Shown: one piece after another, positions 56,196 through 64,000 of the stretch
Layout: every line of letters begins with the position of its first letter
Numbering within the stretch: the stretch's first letter is position 1
Assembly: GCA_965246885.1 (NCBI GenBank)
Contig: OZ251992.1
Location: 672,001-736,000, forward strand
Reading direction: 5' to 3'
DNA: 64,000 nt
Source of the DNA: Abditibacterium sp.
Lineage (GTDB): Bacteria; Armatimonadota; Abditibacteriia; Abditibacteriales; Abditibacteriaceae
Program-made: the position numbers and the translations under genes
Notes under the pieces: generated by a model
The model's database searches: none
The model's input: the letters and a program-made list of their open reading frames with translations, nothing else
Told to the model about the DNA's origin: nothing

Positions 56196-57353
56196 ATGCC
56201 TCCTGAATTTTTGCCTCCCGCCGCGCCGTTTCGTGCGCGCATCGTCATCGCCGACGATTCGCGCACGCAGGCCACGTTGCTCCACCACCTATTGCAACAA
56301 AACGGCTATGAAGTTTTCTCCGGGGCCGATGGGCAAGAAGCCCTCGACGCCGTGACGCAGCACCAACCGGACATCGTGATTTCCGACATCCTGATGCCGG
56401 TCATGGACGGCTACGAACTGTGCCAACGCCTCAAGGCCGATCCGGTCGCCGCTCAAACGCCGGTGATCCTGCTCACTGCGCTCAACGACCCCACCGACAT
56501 CGTGCGCGGCCTGCAAGCGGGCGCCGATTATTACCTGACCAAACCGTTCTCCTCTCCTTATTTGTTGTCCACCGTCGCCGGGGTGTTGGCACGGCCAGAC
56601 ACAAGCGGGCAGGGCGAAGACGCGCTCGAAGTCGAAGTGAACGGCGAACGCTATCTTATCCGTTCGGGCCGCCAACAAATGCTGAATCTGCTGCTTTCGA
56701 CCTACGGCAGCGCCGTCGAACAGAATCAGGAACTCCTGCGCGCGCAGCATGAACTGCGCACCCTCAACGACAAGCTGCTCGCACAAAAAACACAAATCGA
56801 GGCCCAGCAACGCGAACTGCGCGAAGCGAACATCCGCTTGCACCGCGAAGCGACGCGCGATTCCCTCACCGGTCTTCGCAACCGCCGCGCTTTTACCGAG
56901 CGCTTGCACGAGGAAGTGGATCGCGCCCGCCGCCGCAACGAACCGCTTTCCTTAGTGATGCTCGACGTGGACAGCTTTAAAAGTTTCAACGATACCTACG
57001 GTCACCCGGCGGGCGACGAGGTGTTGCAGGAAGTCGCGCGCCGCTTGGAACATCACGCCCGCGTCAGCGACTTCGCCGCCCGCTACGGCGGCGAAGAGTT
57101 TACGCTTCTACTCCCCGACACCGACGGCCCCACCGCCCTCCGCGTTGCCGAACGGTTGCGCGAAACCGTCGCCGCCATGCCTTGGCCCCGCCGCCCCATC
57201 ACCATCTCCATCGGCATCGCCACCTTTTCCGCCAACACCCCCACCCACGACGACCTCACCGTCCTCATCGCCCGCGCCGACGCCGCGCTGTATGCTTCTA
57301 AAAACGCGGGGAGGAATAGGAGTACGCACGCGGATGAGGTGAACAGTAATTAA
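56196..57353 (+). CDS. Response-regulator diguanylate cyclase (REC-coiled coil-GGDEF)
   Basis: ADDS, SDILMP, TKP; DSLTGLRNRR, DTYGHPAGD, RVSD I-site, RYGGEEF. Confidence 0.93.
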   Translation: MPPEFLPPAAPFRARIVIADDSRTQATLLHHLLQQNGYEVFSGADGQEALDAVTQHQPDIVISDILMPVMDGYELCQRLKADPVAAQTPVILLTALNDPTDIVRGLQAGADYYLTKPFSSPYLLSTVAGVLARPDTSGQGEDALEVEVNGERYLIRSGRQQMLNLLLSTYGSAVEQNQELLRAQHELRTLNDKLLAQKTQIEAQQRELREANIRLHREATRDSLTGLRNRRAFTERLHEEVDRARRRNEPLSLVMLDVDSFKSFNDTYGHPAGDEVLQEVARRLEHHARVSDFAARYGGEEFTLLLPDTDGPTALRVAERLRETVAAMPWPRRPITISIGIATFSANTPTHDDLTVLIARADAALYASKNAGRNRSTHADEVNSN

Positions 57354-57358
57354 GGAGG

Positions 57359-57757
57359 TTAACATCCGCTCGATAACGCGAGCAAACCGAACCAAGCCGC
57401 AAAAAGAAGGCAGAAGGCAGCGGCAACTTGAAAAGACAGTAGCGCAGAGTGAAACGCTTCTGGTTCATCTATGAGCGCTTCTTCCGGCTTCGCCTCCTCA
57501 TATAGCACGCTCACGCGCTGCCCCGGCTGGTAGCTGTTGGAGTTCACGTCAGACCAAAACTTTACCTGCTCGCCTGTCGCCAAGGAAAAGCGCACCGTTG
57601 GATAAGCCCAGCCATCTTTGTCTCTATCCAGCAACACAATTTCGCCGGTTGCTTTCCTGAAGCCCGCCCGCAACTGCTGAAACTTGTGATGTTCGTTCCA
57701 AGCCAACGCGCCAAGCATTAGGCCGCACAAAAGAAAGAAGAGAGCGCAAAACATCAT
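57359..57757 (-). CDS. DUF3592 membrane protein
   Basis: TM-(ATGEIV..YPTVRF..GQRVSVLY..P)-TM. Confidence 0.75.
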   Translation of the reverse strand: MMFCALFFLLCGLMLGALAWNEHHKFQQLRAGFRKATGEIVLLDRDKDGWAYPTVRFSLATGEQVKFWSDVNSNSYQPGQRVSVLYEEAKPEEALIDEPEAFHSALLSFQVAAAFCLLFAAWFGLLALSSGC

Positions 57758-57788
57758 CGGCCCAACTCTATTGTAGCGCACCACAACG

Positions 57789-57822
57789 CAAAAAGCCCGA
57801 TTCGATTGAGTCGGGCTTTTTG
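57789..57822 (-). terminator. Intrinsic terminator of the 16S transcript
   Basis: AAAAAGCCCGA..TCGGGCTTTTT hairpin about 130 nt after the 16S 3' end. Confidence 0.85.
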
Positions 57823-57953
57823 GGTGCGGCCATTATCTGAAAACTGAATAGCGAGATTTGAAGCAAAGGTCAAACTGAAACGAACAAGAGCAAGTGTTTG
57901 GTAAATTTTCGAGTTTTGTCGTTCTGCCCGAAGGCTTACTTGATTTGGACTCC

Positions 57954-59463
<1,510 letters not shown>

Positions 59464-59586
59464 AAATGGTGGTGTTGATCTGGAAATCGCTTTCCAGCAC
59501 ACTTCGCTTGACCTTTTGCCTCGCACTTGCATCTATCAAAGCCGATTGCTCGACTTTGGCTTGTTCGTAAAAACGCTTCAAATCCA

Positions 59587-59608
59587 CTATTCAGTTTTCA
59601 AAGAACGC
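59587..59608 (-). promoter_or_regulatory. rrn leader boxA-like element / processing-stem arm
   Basis: Minus strand GTTCTTTGAAAACTGAATAG; complementary to the trailer at 57838-57851. Confidence 0.75.
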
Positions 59609-59668
59609 GCCGCAATTCACGTTGTTGGCTCCTCATCGGGAGCGCCTCTTCGCAAAGGGCAAGGAGAA

Positions 59669-59698
59669 ATTTTACCGTCTCCGGCCTTCCTTTGTCAA
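59669..59698 (-). promoter_or_regulatory. rrn promoter P2-like
   Basis: TTGACA-18 nt-TAAAAT. Confidence 0.7.
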
Positions 59699-59861
59699 CC
59701 CCTTCTCGCCAATTATTTTTTCGGCGTGTCGTAGTTGGCTCGGTTGGGCTTTTATTTAACGGACTGTCTTTCTCTTGGTTCCACCCGGTTTGGAAATTTT
59801 TTCGGCGCTTTAGCTGACTTTGTCAGTTGCTTTGGCGCCTTTCCATTTGGGGCAACGGGAG

Positions 59862-59889
59862 ATTATACGGGATTTTCCGGCCAGCGCAA
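59862..59889 (-). promoter_or_regulatory. rrn promoter P1-like
   Basis: TTGCGC-16 nt-TATAAT with an A-rich UP-like tract upstream. Confidence 0.7.
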
Positions 59890-59948
59890 GTCCTTCCGCC
59901 GAAAATTCCCAGATTTATTTTTTCCGCCCGCCGCTATCGGCGAGTCGG

Positions 59949-60082
59949 TGACAGACGTGCGGGAACGGGCGAACGCCGTCCGACACCCATTCCCAGACGT
60001 CGGTGACCGGATGACAGGCAGCGTTCGCCCGTTCCCGCACGTCTGTCATTCGTCGGCGCGCGTCTGTCATCCGTCGGCGCGG
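59949..60082. repeat. Perfect 28-bp inverted repeat within a 21-bp-period array
   Basis: 59949-59976 is the reverse complement of 60021-60048; CGTCTGTCAT recurs at 60040 and 60061. Confidence 0.88.
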
Positions 60083-61776
60083 CCCGTTAGTTGGGTCAGC
60101 TCGCGCAGCAACGCCATCGGGGTGAGGGGTTTAGCGAGGTGGGCGTTGAAGCCCGCGTTGTGGGCACGCTCGCGGTCGGTCGCGCCCGCATATGCGGTGA
60201 GGGCGAGGGCGGGCAAGCGCTGAAACGACGAGGGCGTTTGGCGAATGCGTTCCATCAGTTGATAGCCGTTTTCGCTTGGCATCCCGATATCCGATACCAG
60301 CACGTCCGGCTTCCACTCTTGCAGCACGCCCCATGCTTCTCCCACCGAAGCGGCGGCGCGCGTTTGGGCGCCGTGCATTTTGAGGATCGTCGTGACCAAG
60401 GCGCGCGCTTCGGGTTCGTCGTCCACCACCAACACGCGCAAATCCCGCAACGCGCCGCCTTGGGTTGGGGGCGCGGCGTGCGCTTCCTCTTTGTGCCCTT
60501 CGGCAACGGCGCGAATGGGAAGCGACACGGTGAACTTGGCGCCGCGACCCAACCCCTCGCTTTCGACGCGCACCGTGCCGCCGTGCATTTCGACCAAATG
60601 GCGCACGATGGACAAGCCCAGCCCCAATCCGCCGTGCGCGCGGGTCATGGACGAGTCGGCTTGGCGGAAGCGGTCGAAGACGTGCGGCAAAAACTCCGGC
60701 GCGATGCCCTCGCCGGAATCTTGCACTTCGATGACGCTCGTCGAATGGTCGCGGCGCAGCGTAAGACGCACTTCGCCGCTCTTGGGCGTGAACTTGATGG
60801 CGTTGCTCAAAAGGTTCCACACCACCTGCTGCAAGCGCGCGGCGTCGCCCAACACGAGGGCGTCTTTGTCTTCGATGTCGAGCGCCAAGCGGACGTTTTT
60901 GGCACGCGCGGCGGGTTCGGCGGAAGTGTAGGCCGCCGACACGACGGGCGCCAACTCAAGTGGCATGGACTCGATGACCATTTTGCCCGTGATGATGCGC
61001 GAGACTTCCAGAATGTCGTCCACCAAGCGCGTTTGCGCCCAGCAGTTGCGCTCGATGGATTCTAAGGCTTGCTCGCGCGCTCCGTCGTCCAACTGGCCAG
61101 AGCGAAGCAGGCTCGACCAGCCGACAATGACGTTGAGCGGCGTGCGCAACTCGTGCGAGAGCGTCATCAAGAACTCGTCCTTGGCGCGGTTGTTCCCCTC
61201 GGCTTCTTCGCGCAATCGTTCGGCTTCGCCGCGCGCAGATTCGGCTTCGCGGCGGGCCTCTTGTTCGCTACGCAGGAGGTCGTCCTTTTGGGCGTTGAGC
61301 AAGTGCAACTCTGCCGTGCGCGCGCGCACTTCGCCTTCTAACTCGTCGGGGCTACGCATGGAGAGGGCGCGTGGAATGGCGGGCGCCAGCGCCAGAACAG
61401 TGGCCCACGACACAACGGCAGTGACGAATTTGATTAGCCCAGCCAAGCGGTAGACCGGGTGGTAGAACATTACGATGTCCATAAAATGCGTCGTGCCGCA
61501 GGAAACGATGAACATCCCGAAGAGAATGAACAAGCTGCGAAACGGCAAAGTCGCTTTGCGCCGGAACACGAAATACAGCAGCACTACAGGGATGGCGAGG
61601 TAGGCGGCCCAGATAGCGAAGTCGGAAGCGTTGTGCAGCCAGATTTCGCCGGGTGTCCAAATCCCGCACACGCGACGGGGCATATACCCGTCGGTGGAAA
61701 AGAGGTTGCGCCAAAACCCCGGCGAGGAGAGTGGGTGAACGGGCGGCATCCCGTCAGAGGAAGGCATCGGAGGCAT
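60067..61776 (-). CDS. Hybrid histidine kinase with ETR1-like (ethylene-binding) three-TM sensor
   Basis: SDFAIWAAYLAIP, FIVSCGTTH, KFVTAVVS; LSHELRTPL, NLLSNAIKF, GGLGLGL; REC (VVDD, SDIGMP, KP). GAGGAG RBS. Confidence 0.9.
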   Translation of the reverse strand: MPPMPSSDGMPPVHPLSSPGFWRNLFSTDGYMPRRVCGIWTPGEIWLHNASDFAIWAAYLAIPVVLLYFVFRRKATLPFRSLFILFGMFIVSCGTTHFMDIVMFYHPVYRLAGLIKFVTAVVSWATVLALAPAIPRALSMRSPDELEGEVRARTAELHLLNAQKDDLLRSEQEARREAESARGEAERLREEAEGNNRAKDEFLMTLSHELRTPLNVIVGWSSLLRSGQLDDGAREQALESIERNCWAQTRLVDDILEVSRIITGKMVIESMPLELAPVVSAAYTSAEPAARAKNVRLALDIEDKDALVLGDAARLQQVVWNLLSNAIKFTPKSGEVRLTLRRDHSTSVIEVQDSGEGIAPEFLPHVFDRFRQADSSMTRAHGGLGLGLSIVRHLVEMHGGTVRVESEGLGRGAKFTVSLPIRAVAEGHKEEAHAAPPTQGGALRDLRVLVVDDEPEARALVTTILKMHGAQTRAAASVGEAWGVLQEWKPDVLVSDIGMPSENGYQLMERIRQTPSSFQRLPALALTAYAGATDRERAHNAGFNAHLAKPLTPMALLRELTQLTGRADG

Positions 61777-61870
61777 AATAACTCCTCTTAGTATCCGGCA
61801 CACGCTTGCCACTCGTTCGTCTTTTTGGGTGACGACAAGCGGCTCAACCGGTCAAACTTCGCTTGCTTTT

Positions 61871-63070
61871 ATGAACTTCCGTCGCTTTGGCCGCACCGAC
61901 CTTCAGATGTCCGTCTTCTCGTGTGGGGGGATGCGCTACCAGCAAGCATGGAGCGAACTCGCCCCCGATGCCATCGAACCCGATAACCAAGCCAACCTCG
62001 AAGCGTGCATCCATCGCGCTCTTGAAGTCGGTATTAACCACATCGAGACCGCGCGCGGCTACGGCTCCTCCGAGATGCAACTGGGCCGGATTTTGCCCTC
62101 GCTTCCCCGCGAAACGCTCATTGTGCAAACCAAAGTGGGGCCAAGCGAAGACCCGCAGGCGTTTGTGGAGAACTTTGAGAAGTCGCTGTCTCTGCTTAGG
62201 TTGGAGTATGTGGACTTGCTGGCCTTTCACGGCATCAACACTCCCGAAATCCTCGATTGGGTGATACGCAAAGGCGGGTGTTTGGACGTGGTGCGCCGCC
62301 TTCAGAAGGAGGGCCGCGTCCGCTTTGTAGGGTTTTCGACGCACGGGCCAACGGACACCATCGCCAAGGCGTGCGCGACGGGCGAGTTCGACTACTTCAA
62401 CCTGCATTACTATTACGTCAACCCGTTCAATTGGCCCGCCATACAGGAAGCGAAGCGGCAGGACATGGGCACGTTCATCATCTCGCCCACCGATAAGGGC
62501 GGGCAACTGCAAAGCCCGTCGGACAAGATGTGCGGGTTGTGCGCGCCGCTTTCGCCGATGCAGTTCAACGACCTGTGGTGTCTGAACCACCCGGAAATTC
62601 ATACGCTCTCCATTGGCGCGGCGCAGCCCTCGGACTTCGAGGAGCACGTCGCCGCGCTCGCGCATTATGACGACATTCCCGCCATTGTTGCTCCCATCGA
62701 GGCGCGCCTGCGGGAGGAAATCGCGCGCACTTTTGGCGACGACTGGGCCGCGCAGTGGAACACCGCGCTCCCGCAACACCCCGAAATGCCGCACGGCTAT
62801 AACGCCGGAGAGATTTTGCGCTTGCTCACGTACGGCAAGTCGCTCGACCTCATGGAGTGGGCGGAGGGCCGCTACCGCATGATGACGGGCGACGACCATT
62901 GGGTGCCCGGCGCGCACGGCGGCGCCTTGGGCGAGGACGAGGACAAGTGGGCCAAAGTCTTCGATGCCCTGAAAGCGCACCCCCTCGCCGCGCAAATTCC
63001 CGCGCGCTTGCGCGAAGCGCACGACCTGTTTGGCGGCGAGGAAAAGAAGCGGCTCTCGCAAGGCGGTTAA
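61871..63070 (+). CDS. Aldo/keto reductase
   Basis: RRFGRT, GINHIETARGYG, VQTKV, YVDLLAFHG, VGFSTH. Confidence 0.9.
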   Translation: MNFRRFGRTDLQMSVFSCGGMRYQQAWSELAPDAIEPDNQANLEACIHRALEVGINHIETARGYGSSEMQLGRILPSLPRETLIVQTKVGPSEDPQAFVENFEKSLSLLRLEYVDLLAFHGINTPEILDWVIRKGGCLDVVRRLQKEGRVRFVGFSTHGPTDTIAKACATGEFDYFNLHYYYVNPFNWPAIQEAKRQDMGTFIISPTDKGGQLQSPSDKMCGLCAPLSPMQFNDLWCLNHPEIHTLSIGAAQPSDFEEHVAALAHYDDIPAIVAPIEARLREEIARTFGDDWAAQWNTALPQHPEMPHGYNAGEILRLLTYGKSLDLMEWAEGRYRMMTGDDHWVPGAHGGALGEDEDKWAKVFDALKAHPLAAQIPARLREAHDLFGGEEKKRLSQGG

Positions 63071-63088
63071 ATCGGGTGCGGCGTCGGT

Positions 63089-64000
63089 TCACGCCAAGAC
63101 GGAGCGATACAACTCCAACACGCGGCGCGCGTGGTCGGGCCACGAGTAAGTTTGCGCCCGCTTTGGCCCCTCGAAGCGCAGTTTGGCTTCTAATTCGGGC
63201 GAGGTGACGAGGGTTTCGATGGCGGCAGCGAGCGCTTCGGGGCTGCCGTCTTCGGCCAATACGCCCGCGTCGGCGACGACCTCAGGAACGGCGCCCCCGG
63301 CCTTGGAACCGACGACGGGCACGCCCATCGCCATCGCTTCTTGCGGCGGCATGCCAAAACCCTCGTAAATTGAGGGGAAGACTAACCCTTTGGACGCGCG
63401 CATCACCGATGGAAGCGTATCGCGGCTTAGATAGCCGGGGGCGAGTGTGCGCGGCACATCGCGCTCTTGGACAAGCGAGACCAACGCTTGCGGCCCGGCC
63501 AACACCAGCAACAATTCGGGGTGTTTGGGCGCCACGATGCGCCACGCTTCTAAAAGCGCCGGGATGTTCTTGCGCTGCGAAGCGCCGCCCGCGTAGATCA
63601 GAAATTGGCTCTCGATGCCAATTTCGCGTAGCGTCGCTTCGTCCGCAACGGGCACGTCGAGATTGAAGCGGTCGTGCTCCAAGCCGTAGGGGATAACCTC
63701 GACGCGGCTTGGCTCGACTTCGAGCAGTTCGACGATTTCGCGCTTGGCAAATTCCGACGGCGTCATGATGAGGCGGGCGTTGCGCGCCGCATCTTTCGAC
63801 CAGCGCGGCAGCCGTCCTTCGTCGGAAAAGCGGGCGGGGGGCAGGTCGTGGATGGTGTAGATGGCCGGTTTGTTGGTGGGGGCCGCGAAGGTGAGCGCGA
63901 GGGAGTGGAACAGGTCGGGCGCCACCCACGCGCCTTTTTTGAGCGAACTGCTGCTGCGCGAGAAGCGGGCGTTGGCGAGGGCGCGCACGACCGGGTAGGG
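63089..64000 (-). CDS. Glycosyltransferase family 4 (5' end outside window)
   Basis: TIHDL, RKN, FPSIYEGFGMPPQEAMAMGVPVV. Confidence 0.9.
   Translation of the reverse strand, partial: PYPVVRALANARFSRSSSSLKKGAWVAPDLFHSLALTFAAPTNKPAIYTIHDLPPARFSDEGRLPRWSKDAARNARLIMTPSEFAKREIVELLEVEPSRVEVIPYGLEHDRFNLDVPVADEATLREIGIESQFLIYAGGASQRKNIPALLEAWRIVAPKHPELLLVLAGPQALVSLVQERDVPRTLAPGYLSRDTLPSVMRASKGLVFPSIYEGFGMPPQEAMAMGVPVVGSKAGGAVPEVVADAGVLAEDGSPEALAAAIETLVTSPELEAKLRFEGPKRAQTYSWPDHARRVLELYRSVLA

Overview
GC-rich bacterial chromosomal window. The gene style suggests an Armatimonadota/Abditibacteriota-like organism; this is inference and needs 16S classification. About 55 CDS are supportable. In order: a LacI regulator (cut by the window edge), nnrD, two large DUF11-repeat surface proteins, a sugar isomerase and FGGY kinase, a sortase, an ABC-2 permease, a Fur/Zur + Cys-free L33 + MerC-like zinc module, a tandem array of four unannotated ~300-350 aa paralogs (one interrupted by an in-frame TGA), gndA, comEA, two half-size CbiX chelatases, a YefM/YoeB-like TA pair, the C-terminal half of carB only, a cold-shock protein, a PduO-type adenosyltransferase, alpha-2-macroglobulin, csaB, nadD-rsfS, TPR + HNH genes, a Wsp-like chemosensory operon with a divergent diguanylate cyclase, a stand-alone 16S rRNA gene, an ETR1-like (ethylene-receptor-type) hybrid kinase, an aldo/keto reductase and a GT4. 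The main unexplained signals are: (i) the 'SDLxxA ... HExLExxLxxRxWL' paralog array; (ii) dispersed 21-bp-period repeat arrays, often closed by inverted copies, with similar in-frame 7-aa repeats in protein linkers; (iii) a promoter-palindrome-structured ~300-nt intergenic region upstream of TPR-HNH. No CRISPR array, tRNA or transposase was seen.
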